DNA of 62,618 nucleotides, filler included, from Basidiobolus ranarum (Eukaryota), in the NCBI GenBank assembly GCA_040143965.1. It is 6 parts of 6 records of this genome, joined end to end, with 100 filler letters (N's around TTAATTAATTAA, not from the genome) between each part and the next. Parts side by side here need not be neighbours in the genome. Positions count along the whole stretch, not along the records: positions 1 to 10,380 come from JASJQH010007586.1; positions 10,481 to 20,852 come from JASJQH010007587.1; 4 more parts are not named here. One strand, 5' to 3'. Positions 1-11,590 of this stretch are shown here, in pieces; position 1 is the first letter of the stretch, and every line of letters starts with the position of its first letter. The notes under the pieces were generated by a model, which searched no databases, was not told the origin of the DNA, and saw only the letters and a program-made list of their open reading frames with translations. The position numbers and the translations under genes were made by a program.

Positions 1-1326
1 TCTATTATCAGAAGAGGGTCCGGTAGCAAGAGGGTTGAATCTTTCGTGACTATCGGCATAGTGACCAGGACTACGACCACGGACGACTAAAGGTGCTGAC
101 TGGGTCGAAGCGACCTTGTATCGTTCACCATTCTCACACTCGGCCAAAAGCTCCACCACAAGAACATAGTATTGCTGAGCAGCCCGTCTTTTACCATTAT
201 TGGCGGTTGCGGTCTTGAATTGAATCCGTTCAAAAGTCACTATTGTTTGATTAGAGCCAACAGAACTGAGATTCACATTACCCCCTGCTCTAATAGGTCT
301 AGCTAATGGTGTGGTTTGTGGACCTTTATCTCTTTTGGGGGTATGTTGAATCAAGTCTATTTTCTTATCACTGTTGGAGACACGCGCGGCAGCTCCCAAA
401 AAGAACTGAACTACTGTGTGTTGAACACCATCAATCTCAACTATACATGGGCATTCAGGATCCGCAGGGGGGTGGTTGGAGCCGATTAGTGAGAAGGCGG
501 TACTAACTTGGAAATAATTACGACGATAACATGTCCAATCATTATCAGCTAGAAAGAAACCACGATCAAATTTCGAGTCGATTCGGATAGAATAACTAAT
601 GAACAGGAGAGTTAGTAAGCTTTCAATAGACCACAGATGTAAACACGACTGCTACATACTTATTAACTTTATCCATGCTATATAAGTTATGGTGTTGCTT
701 GGTCTGGGTAAAATAAGGTCCAGCCTCGTTGGGGAAACCAAGAGAATCTGATCTACGCTTGCGCAGAGTAGGGTGGAAGGATGGAGCCCCATACGACATG
801 CTGGCCAAAGAGCTATCCAAAGAATATTTGCGGTCAAAGTGAGGAGGGACTGCCAATCGAGGCTTTGCCATATCCATAGGGCGAGGCATGGATTGATGCA
901 TCGACATGTTGGGTATGTAGCTCGCACTATGATTAAGTCAACACTTAGTACAGAGTAAAGAAACGTTAGAAACACAAATATTACTAACCTTTGGTAAGCC
1001 GACCTCACGGGATCCATATCTGGCTTTTGAGGTAGCGGAGCAAGGAACATAGGAGCGCCAGACTGGTCAGATTGTTGCGAAGACCTATATATCAAAGTAA
1101 AAGATTATTCAGCAAAAGTAGTCGAGCAAAGTCTCAAAAGAGCAACGTACACATTGTTTGTTGGCATGTGCTGTGTTTGGTCGGGATATTGATAGCTATC
1201 GACAAAATTTTCGTTTTGGGAATGCAATGGTGTCATATTGTGTTGAATAGGCTGATGAGGAAGAGACATAGGTTGTAAGTGTTGAGGTTGAACAGGCCAT
1301 TTGTTTTCTTGCATCATGACGGTCAT
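1..1326 (-). CDS. NDT80: NDT80/PhoG-family transcription factor, spliced, 3'-truncated at the window start
   Basis: Manual translation of exon 595..1 gives SKFDRGFFLADNDWTCYRRNYFQVS...LIQHTPKRDKGPQ...VTFERIQFKTATANNGKRRAAQQYYVLVVEL...PLVVRGRSPGHY, the hallmark NDT80/PhoG DNA-binding domain. Upstream exons ~1326-1151, 1084-989 and 926-~660 are joined by in-frame GT-AG introns. The symbol denotes the family, not proven orthology. Confidence 0.93.
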
Positions 1327-4300
1327 GGGATATTAGCACAGAAGTTTAAGGGCAAAAATAGCGATTCACAAAGGTTGAAGAGAACTTGTGTATAAAGTTT
1401 GTTTGACAAGGTGTGACCAATATGAAATATAATAGCTAGAAGTGAAATCGCCAGGAACAAAGTCAGTAAAAGATGAGTATCCAGTTGGCAAGTTATTGAG
1501 AAGTAAATAAATGGGGTCTGGGGCTTTAAAATACTGACAACGGGCACGCGAATGAGCTTGATCCGTGGGGAAATTCTCTGAGCCAAATTAACCAATGGTA
1601 ATAGACGTGAATTTCCTTATATATCCATTGGAACACTTGGTAAGAAAGAATACGGACAGTGACAAAATCTAGATTTAGTCAAACAACCCCAAAAATACAT
1701 CATCCATATAAACCTTACAATCAACCATTGTGTCACGCAAGTGTTAAATTTGTAATACTCATCAAAGTTATTCCATTTTTGGCAGTTTTCTAACATCTAA
1801 TTAATGGATTAGTGATGAATTACATTAATTCCAAATAAGTAGGTTTCTGAAATGGCAACACCTTTCATTAAAGTACTTTTTTAATAATGTATTAAGGTGC
1901 GCTTCATAAGGATCCCGTATTCTATTACACTTTAGGCTTTTCTACCGCAACATCCTATGATCTGCCTGCAGCCAATGGGAGCCCCCAAGTCTTCTCCAAT
2001 CCTGATCAAGCTTAAACTTCCAAATTCGCTGATTTCGTATTAAGCTAAAGGCGCCCTCTAATTTACATACCCGTTTCTGAGGTTAGATACGATATCTATA
2101 TATCGGATGTTATCTAATTTAAGAATACCATGAATATTCCACCATTGGTGGCCAATCCATCTAAGCATCAGCAACTCAGAACAAAGGGAGTAATGAGCAA
2201 CAGTGCGACGGTAGTCAAGATAAATGATGCGGATGATGAGCAAGCAACAAGTCCAATAGTGTGGGTTTTGGACTGTTAAAAATCCCATAGGTGGGTGAAA
2301 ATTCTGTACCAAAACGGAATCTTTTCTTCTTTTCCGAACGATGTTTAGCAGACATAATATTTGAGGTAGTAGGCGACAAATCTGAAACGATTAAAATTAT
2401 ATGATTGCTCCGGAATATCGGGAACTCACATGCTAGTTCAAAGCCTTTTTTCTGTGTCTTCCAGCTGCGTCGTTTTCACAGAAGCGTTACGAAGCTAGGT
2501 TGTTTTTCGAATACTCTATCAAATTTCACACAGCAAGAGAAAGTCTCTTACATTGGAGATATCCTATGCTAGACAGACTTTCTTGGCGATCAAGTCTGGT
2601 TAAATGTTTGTACATGTGGCCTGCCCATACCTGCCCATTCTTGTTGATGTAAATTAAATGCAATAAAAGAGTCATTGATATATCCCCCATATCTGATGCT
2701 GTCTTTGTAAGTTGAAGCCAGACTTTGAATCGTGTTCGTACTGCTTGTGTCATTGACGATAGGAAATCATCAATTGTACAATGCAAAATTGGTATTACAA
2801 TTTGGAAACCTCACGTCCAACATAGACCCTTGGAAAGTTCGAGTTGATGATATCTATGCTATAATCCCGTCGTATTGTTGTTATGTGTGAGAAATACATG
2901 TTTTTATCCACTTCGTCAACAAGTTTAGACTCACCACGCAAGATAAGAAATCACTATGATAGAAAAATATGAATCAATATTTCACCAATATTATTCAACA
3001 TACGCGTTGATATCATAATAATGGGAAAACTAGAGGCAGGTTTATGTCTTCTGAAAGCTATTTTACGTGGGCATGTTGACTGGAGGAAACATGTCGTAGA
3101 ATTTTCCATAGACGGCTCTTCAATTATTGAACGTCTTGGCGCTACCTAGAGTCAGATTTCGCAATATTCAACCCCTATCTACTCTATATTATGAAGTGAG
3201 CTATGGTGATATTCTCATCAATATAGTGTATATATCCTAGTGCGATGCTTTGAATGTTGTATAATGTTATTGTATTTTAGTATGCTATTATATATTGTAT
3301 TTGTATTAGTAGAGTGTTCTTTCGCTCATGAAACATGATTAGCATATTTAACACAAAGCCACTGAATATTTCATTAGCCAGAATTATAAACCACAGATTG
3401 TGATTTTTCATGGATACAGATAATAGACAAAGCTTTCAAGCTATTCCAAGCTCCCTACTTCATTAGTTCCTTAGGAATGTAACCCTGGAATTATTGTCCT
3501 TCTTTCCAACACCAGTATAGACTCTTGCTATCTGTTTAATGAAATACATCAGAGAAAGGCATATTCAACTACTTATCAAGCACACTTAGCACGCGATCTT
3601 TTATCGTATCTTTCTTGATGTTCTTCATAAATCAAAATATAATTCATCAGGATGGAAGTAGAAAGCAGCTATTCCTTTTAAGTATGGCACTTCCTTTTTC
3701 TTCCAAAATGTTTGCAATAGAACAAGTACCAGACTCTCCATCTGATTGAAAATATTAGCAAAGTGTTATGATGCTGATCTTCAACAATATATCAAATATA
3801 AGAGTGTTGAAGCTTAAAGGAAAACTCTCTGCATGCACTCTGCTGGCTTAGAATATGTCGATGCAGATATCCGGTCTCCGAATATATATAGTCTGTTCAT
3901 ATATTTTTTTATTATGTTGAGGTTCATTATCTCAGATTTTTCATCCCTAGCTTTTCGCACCTAACTATTTCATATATCGCATCTAAGTTGGCATCACTTA
4001 GTTCAATCAGAATATACATTTAGGATATAAGTGTTATCCAAGAAGTGGAAAAGTGAACTTGAGACTTCGCACAATGATCCATTTTCCTTTCACATATATT
4101 CGGAAGAAAATTACAGTACTTTGATAGTATTGTCTTCACTGGTCAACTAATAGACTTCACTTCCTTTCGCATATCTTAAATTCTCTCAAGACATTATACC
4201 AATTATCCTTTAACAATTCTAAGCACTATCAGATAAAATTTGTGACATCAATGATGTTTGATAAATAAAGACAGTATATAATATATGGAATTCTTTGACC

Positions 4301-4403
4301 TTCTCATTAAATTGGAGAAAACAAGTGATTACAACGTTATTTGAAACCGAGTATGTGTTCCTCATCAGTTTTGCACAAATAATAGACATATTTGGTTATG
4401 GTA

Positions 4404-4731
4404 TGTTGAAGTATTTTGGGAGCTTGTTGGAAGTGGTTGGGAGAACTAGAAGAATTGATTGTTTTCACTTATTGATTTATTGAGTAGAAAGTGGACATTT
4501 ATAGTTTTGTCCAGATATAAACAAACACGTGTAGAGTGCGTTAAGAAAGGTCCCAGAAACATGTGCGCAAAATTTGGGGCCTCTAGCACAAGTTTGAAAA
4601 ATCTAGATATCTTCAAACTTCGAAGTAAATTCCTCTTGAGAATAGTGAGTGATATCTTGGCGAAATATGGAATAGCTAAATAGTAAGCTACATATGACTA
4701 TGTAGGTGTTTAGACTACGCTAATTTCAACA
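4404..4731. mobile_element. Solo LTR, copy A
   Basis: Termini TGTTGAA...TTCAACA, flanked by the perfect 5-bp direct repeat TGGTA (4399-4403 and 4732-4736). Homologous to copies B, C and D in the opposite orientation. Confidence 0.9.
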
Positions 4732-4816
4732 TGGTATAGATCTCACTAGTTGTGTCCAAGAGAAAAGTGATAAACTGACTAAAGCATGCTAGAAATAGCT
4801 AAGTGCAAGATCTTAG

Positions 4817-5165
4817 TGTTGAAATTACCATTGTCTAAACACCTATATAGTCATATACAACTTAGTACTTAGTTATCTTATATTTCACTAAGATATTATC
4901 CATTATTCTCAATCGGAATTTACTTAGAATATTGACACCAACTTAGAAGTTCTCAGATATATAGATTTTGTTAACTTGTGCTAGAAGCCCCAAGCTTTGC
5001 ACACACGTTCCTGCGACCTTTCTTAACACATTCTTTACGTTAGCTTGTTTACATCTTGACAAAACTATAAATGTCAACTGAATACTCAATAAATCAATAA
5101 GTGAAAAACCACCAATTTCTCTAACTCTCCAAACCACTTCCAACAGGCTCCCAAATACTTTAACA
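4817..5165. mobile_element. Solo LTR, copy B (inverted relative to A)
   Basis: Termini TGTTGAA...TTTAACA; TSD CTTAG (4812-4816 and 5166-5170). Confidence 0.9.
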
Positions 5166-5556
5166 CTTAGAGCTCTTTGTAAGGCAATATTAGCTGAATA
5201 ACTCTGGACTAATTGAATTTTGAGAGTGGCCAAATTTTGCTAAAAAACTATAATTACATACTAACCTAAAAAGTTAAACCATTCACAGTGTCTACAACCT
5301 AAACCTGCTTTAGTGACAGATCTAAGAACTAGTGAAGGCAGTGCTTATGAACTAGAAACTTGCAAAGTGGTTTGAAGAGATGGATATCTTTTAAGGTATA
5401 TATGCCATGCATTGGTTGTTCATTGAATTGAAAATGAGATTTATACTTGTCTCAGAGAAATTCGCAGTAGATATTTTTCTTCATTTCTGAGATGTGAAGG
5501 TCAAGGGAAAAAACTGAACATTGCTGAGATATGACCATAACGATACATATGATTAC

Positions 5557-5843
5557 TGTTGAAAATGACATAGCTTAAGCATCTATATAGTCATATAACC
5601 AGATACCTAAATTTCATTATGTTATTATGAGATATCTTAACTCAAATTTACTGGGAATATTTTTAACAACTTGGAAGCTCTCAGACTATATGATTTTCTC
5701 AAGCTTTGTACTCTACACGTTAGTTTATCTACTTCTCAACAAAAGTGCAAGTGTCAACTTGCACTCAATAAATCAGTAAGTGAAAACCACCAATTCTTCT
5801 AGTTCTCCAAATTACTTCCAACAACTCTCCAAATACTTCAACA
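5557..5843. mobile_element. Solo LTR, copy C (same orientation as B, internally deleted)
   Basis: Termini TGTTGAA...TTCAACA; TSD ATTAC (5552-5556 and 5844-5848). Confidence 0.9.
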
Positions 5844-6456
5844 ATTACAATATTCAAGGAAGAAACTTTAGATATAATAACATGATATATGAAGGTTTAT
5901 GTTCTTACCTCTAACATTTCTACAGAGTGACCTATGTATTTATATAAGTGGGAAAGTTCATTTGAGGTTGTTGAGTGATATTCTCAGTAACCATGATTTG
6001 TGAGTTTGGTAAATGTTTTAAAACAAATGAAGGTAGAGAGGCATCAACTGGATATAGCCTTTGTGATAAGTGGAGCCGTTCTACGACAATCTTTTCCGCA
6101 TCATTTGTACAAACGAGAATGATAATGCTTTCTAAAAGAAGCCCATTTGTGAGTGAAAAATCCAATCAATTCTTCAGAATGGCTATAATGTGCCTTGTTT
6201 CTTTCTAATAGAGTCGTGGATTGATGGCAAGGTTATACTTTCTTGTTGTCATTGAACCTAGAATGTTGATATATTCCTAACAATACAAATAACTCAGGAG
6301 CTATGTTCGTTGTGTATTCTATGAGTTTTACAGTGTAGCTAATATTGAAGATTGGCACAAGTTGCTGAAGGCTGTTACTCATACTATCGTGATTGTTGCT
6401 TGAAGTGCTTTTAGTAGAGCAAAAATGGTATCAATATAGCTAGTATTTCATTTTAT

Positions 6457-7847
6457 TTACAAAACAATTGTTTCGCACGTTTTCATATTAACGAAAGATA
6501 TGTTACCACGACTTGCAATGGCAAAAAGCATCTCACCCTTTGGTTCCGCTAAAGATTTCATGCGCTCAATTGCCAGAGGATTGGGGATTGTGTCTTCAAA
6601 CCTAACAAATTAAGATTAAATCAAGTGCTGGAGACTGTAGATTGATGGGAGATTGTTACTTTTGAACGATTATATGAAAGCTCGGAGATCCTGGCGCTTT
6701 CTTTCTAAATGATGGTAGGGGTTTGTATACATCATAATCGATTGACAGGCTCTCTGTTTCATCAAGCCTATCCCATTGATCGGAGGCAGAGGAGCGAGAT
6801 AAGTATTCTGGAGATTTCGTACGTAAACTCTTGAATATATCATCTAAAGTGCGATGTTGGTGAGCTGAATATAAACTGGGCAATACTATTCTCTAACAAT
6901 CACCATATGTATGATATCGTTGATTCAAAGTTGTCATTTTCTGGCTGGCTAAGGCGCCCGGAAGAAGTTCGAGAATCTTTTCATACATGCGCGTGGGGTA
7001 TTGCATCAATGTGGAGAGCCAGGTTTGCGCTTTATTAGATATTTCTGTAGATTAGTTGGGGCTTTACCTATAAGCGATATAATTGTAGCTAAACTGAATA
7101 CAAACCTGGTTCGGTTGGCAGTTGCTCCGCAGGATTTTCAAGATGTTTTAGAGTTATATAGCCCAGTCTTTTGAGATAAGCGTAAACCTAAGCATAATGT
7201 TTACGTTAGTAAATATAAAAATAGAGCTTACACAATATTCTCTACCTGGTATTTTTCAAAGGGGCAGGATTGCGATATTAAGGAAGCATAACTCTGTTGC
7301 AGGGACATTGGTACAGAGTGATGCTGAATCACTAGCGCACCCCTCTCTAGCAGGAATAATGCCTCTTCTGGATGTAAAAACAATCTGGATTTTTCATTAT
7401 ATCCCATAGTATTAAAGTGTGTTCCTTTCTTCACTGTGATCTCTACTCTTTGTTCTTGGGGTAACCAGATACCTTCACTTAACTGGCTTATTAGAGAGTA
7501 GATCGGTTAGTAAATCCTTTAAAAGAATATGATCTTTACTGTTTAGAAATTTACTAACGTGTTAGGAATTCTTTCTTCGGATATAACTTCAAAAAGAACT
7601 TTCCTCGCTTCTTTTAAGTTGGAGTCTTGTGTTAGTGAGCCATCCGGAGCGAAATCTTTCGCGCCTCGTTTGGGAATGTTTGAGCTTCCACTTTTACTAT
7701 GAAAAAATACAATGAAAACGTTGTTTATGCAATGTATCAGATCACAAATCCTATGTTTACTGATTGATATAAATCCTCTCGAATATGTTACCTTCCCTTT
7801 CCCAATAACACTCGAAAATCAACAGACTCTTCTTCGTCGATGTCCAT
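6457..7847 (-). CDS. SEN54: tRNA-splicing endonuclease subunit Sen54 (multi-exon)
   Basis: Exons translate to IPKRGAKDFAPDG and KGTHFNTMGYNEKSRLFLHPEEALFLLERG...MSLQQSY, typical of the Sen54 N-terminal domain. ATG at 7847; TAA at 6457-6459; several GT-AG introns. Confidence 0.88.
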
Positions 7848-8940
7848 ATCACTAGGCTTACAATATAACAGTATTACTGAAAAAATTAAATCTCCCTTCG
7901 TTTTAGTGGTGATTTTTTACACTCATCAACATACCCGATTTTTTACCAATTATCAAAAAATTAGCAGTCAGTTATGTGTTTATTTCACTGATTCTCTAAC
8001 CTCTTCAATTTGCCTGTCATAAACAAGTTTGATGCAGAATTATATCTATGGCATGAGTAATGGTAAGTACGCCAAAATATCTCAGTTTATTCCCAGAGAG
8101 ATATTGAAAAGCAGATCACCAGCTCAAGGGTAAAGAGTAGATTGAAAATGAGTTGTCTAGATATTCTTGGGAGGTTTCTAGCTTCTCTGCAATATATTTG
8201 AAGTGTATTGCATATGGGCTCTAATATTCAAACATTCAGAAATCAAAGCCATTTAATTTGATCATGAACCAATTCCAAAAGTGAAGTTTGAGCTGTTGTC
8301 TTGCATCATCTAGCAATATTGGGGAATAGTCACCTTATGCAACATGTTCACACTGGAGGATGGTTGCCAATTCAACCAATTGTAAGGTCATTCTCATTGA
8401 ATCTTTCTTTTAGATGTAACATTTTGTCAGAGATCCTAATATTTGCTCTCAAGCTATATAGATAATAATTATCTAGTTGGTTTAGAAAATTAGATAGCTG
8501 AAGTTCATTCTTGTACTTCGTAGTGATAGTGATATCATTCAGTTCGTTAAAGACACTTATTGTGGCTGAAAGTCAATACGAATTGTGGTATATTTAAACC
8601 ACACTTTTCTATTATGTGAAATTCTGCTCTAGACCAGGAATGTTCCTTTTTGTAGACTAGGCTTGCTCCTAGTCCCACTCGTTCATCTTTGGTACAATCT
8701 ATTTACCTGAGGATAGAAGCTACTTCAGGGATTATCTTAGTGCTAATGTAAGAACCAGGACGCCTTATTGTAGGTCAAATCAACTATTTGAATATTAAAA
8801 AAATACTTTTCATATAGAATCAGGTATGTATTAATAATATGGAACGGGACAAAATGAAAGATGTTTATGAAAACTAACAATGAGTACATGCCATAGCGAG
8901 GATTGGAACATGGTGCGAAGGAGGGCTTCCGAACATAACA

Positions 8941-9224
8941 TTACCACTTTTTTCCAACTGATTTTTGAACACAGGCTTTGAAAGCTTGGAATTCTAACCC
9001 GCAAATGTCCCGACGTGTATCATTCAGGTGATTTGAGATACATTTACCGTAAGTGGACATCTAGTAGAGGTTTGTGTTAGTATGTGCCTCACAAACAGCC
9101 ATAAAAAGACTGAACTGAATTCCGCCAAGAGTACACTTGAGTAAAATCATACCTCAGGGACACATTTCCCAATGGCAGTCGAGAACTTAGTAATCGATTT
9201 CGAAGCAGACTTTGGCAGAGTCAT
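8941..9224 (-). CDS. NDUFAF8: Small twin-CX9C (CHCH) mitochondrial protein, NDUFAF8-like, 63 aa; exons 9224-9153 and 9060-8941
   Basis: The spliced product is MTLPKSASKSITKFSTAIGKCVPE/MSTYGKCISNHLNDTRRDICGLEFQAFKACVQKSVGKKW*. It has two exact CX9C motifs and the YGKC...C..EF..FK.C pattern; phase-0 intron GTATGA...TAG. Absent from the ORF track. Confidence 0.85.
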
Positions 9225-10380
9225 ATTGAGAAACCTGCTTTAACAAGATAAGAAGCCAAGAAGAATAAGCGGCACATAATTAATGATGGCTTGCAATCAT
9301 CAAAATTTTCGGCTCGTATAGTCACTCTCCAACCTGATTTGTAGTAGGCTTAAGCGAGAAATAAATCATTTTGATTAGAATCTTAGATGTATCACGGATA
9401 TAGTAATAATTCCTAAATCACATGACTCTACGTCTGTTGAGAGTATATATACGAGCAGTTAGAGTTGCTCAAGTTGCTGAGCGACAATAATTTAGAACTT
9501 GTAAGTAGTCTGACATGTTTAGAGAGCGTTTTTTCATGCTTTTCATCATTGGTCCGTATAATAGATACATCGAAAGCGAGATCACGTTTGAAATGGAGCT
9601 CATAACGAATGTTGATAAATGGTACTACTGGATGAAACCAAATCACCTGACTTTCCCAATGGTACTTTGCACCTCTGACCATATACCTCCGGAATTTCTG
9701 CTGGCACCAATCATTGCCCCTGCCTCTAATTCCATATTGCTCTGCTTGCCCTTATGGAAGCAATAGATTTCAATGAGGATCCGTGTAACTGAATCTTGTG
9801 CATGAACTATGTGTAACCTAACTCATTGCACCTTCCAAGGCCTCAAGAGTTAGTGCTTGGTTTCTTTAGGTAGAGTTAGGTCCATGTGAGTCTAATGTTG
9901 ACCTTGATTTGACCAAAGATACGCTCAGGAGAAAATCACTAGCGAATTCCAAATGAGCTCGTTTTAAGAATGGAATCACGGTTCATATTTAGTAACTGCC
10001 GCTGAGCAGGATTAATTCTGCCGCCTAGTAATCTCAGCATTATACCAAGTTCTGAAGAAAGCACCTCTCGTATACGTTGGTGTCCTTTGATACTGGAGGC
10101 GGACTTCTATTCCATTCACACATTTTCATTTGCCATCTCAAAATCAACGGTGGCTTTCAGTGGTTGATTATGGCCGTATCTAAGATTTGGCTACCGTCTA
10201 TTTCGAGAACCATACGGAGTTCCTGGGTCAATGGCTGCCCCCTTCGTAGTTTGGCTGAAAAGCCTGAAGGTCAGTTTGCATTTTTCTTGTATTCCTTCTT
10301 CTGAATTGATGATATCCTTGAAATGTTCTTGTTAATAAGCCTTTTGATTATACTCTTTACATATGTATTCTATATCACCA

Positions 10381-10480
10381 NNNNNNNNNNNNNNNNNNNN
10401 NNNNNNNNNNNNNNNNNNNNNNNNTTAATTAATTAANNNNNNNNNNNNNNNNNNNNNNNNNNNNNNNNNNNNNNNNNNNN
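10381..10480. other. Artificial contig spacer
   Basis: N44-TTAATTAATTAA-N44, with stops in all six frames. Confidence 0.98.
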
Positions 10481-11590
10481 TATTATCTGAATAAAACCAA
10501 CTGGTTGACGAACCCATACAATAGCAGTCACTATTACAAATACTCGCTTGAATAGACTAGCTATGGAGTATGTGACAGTGGTTGTTAAGGAAAGAACTGT
10601 AAACGATGCCATGATTTGAATATAGTGAGAGAGTCCATTCAAGAAGAAATCTAGCAGCAGTTGCCGAGTTGATATATTCACAGTCTTGGTAGGAAACTCC
10701 CGGAAAAGAAGATGAAAACCCTCAGAGTAAAACCATAGAGGAAACATTAAGATAAAAGAGCAGAGAGAGGAGTAAAAGAGGATATTCAACTTGTCCAACT
10801 TTTTCTTATCTTTTGACAAGACCTTCTTGGAAAACATGTTCTGAATCACGAAGATGACGCAGGAAATGAGTGCATACGAGAAGCCAGTAAATGAAACCTT
10901 CATCTGAAATGTGAAAGCCAACATGACACCGACAGTCAAAGGTAATAGGGAGAGATAAACGCCATTTGAATACTCTGCTTTGTAGAAGAATTTGTGAAAC
11001 ATAACCGTAAATAGAGGAGCCAATGCCTATATTAGAGAATAATGATTAGATACAGAAAACCTTGATGACAAGCGATCAGAATATACCTTGACAGTGTGAA
11101 CAAAGCTGACAGGAACCTGGGAAAGAGCGACACTTGAAAATACATGACCTCCAATGGCAAATAAGCTTAGAGGAAGAGTGGGCAAGAGTATCTCTCTCGA
11201 GGGTTTTTGGACTTTAGTTACACCGAAAACATGACCAATAACAAATGCAAGAATTGCAACCAGTCCAAACTGGACAAAAGTAAGAGTGACTGGGTAGGAA
11301 AATTGAGTAAGAATGGCTTTACCGATGTTGTTGGTAATTGAGGAAGTCGAGTACCAAAGTATACAGTATAAGCAGAATGTGACACTGGAAGACATCTTTA
11401 TATGTGGCAGGAACCCAAACACATCTTGAGTAGCATTGGAAAGGAAATTGATTGAAAGCTCGGAAGTAAGTCCAGGCTCTTTCGAGTAGCGATGTTTCAT
11501 GTTGAAGAAGCCACCCTTTTCGTTGGTCCCAACAAGGCCATCAGTAGTGACTGTTGGTAGAGAACCTATAGTCTTGCTTGCTAAATACAT
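10481..11590 (-). CDS. SLY41: Triose-phosphate/nucleotide-sugar transporter family protein (SLY41/SLC35E-like), 3'-truncated
   Basis: Motifs YPVTLTFVQF, GHVFSSVALSQVPVSFVHTVK/ALAPLFTV, QNMFSKK, LDKLNILFYSS, VTYSIASLFKRVFVI; intron ~11027-11086. Confidence 0.87.

Noticed and set aside
4295..5233. Similar short ORFs (4295-4483, 4459-4683, 4943-5233) resembling a small gene family
   Set aside because: They are incidental translations of the solo-LTR copies.
5932..6260. Minus-strand protein-like frame, possibly a retroelement ORF1 remnant
   Set aside because: It contains stops and no diagnostic motif that I can name.
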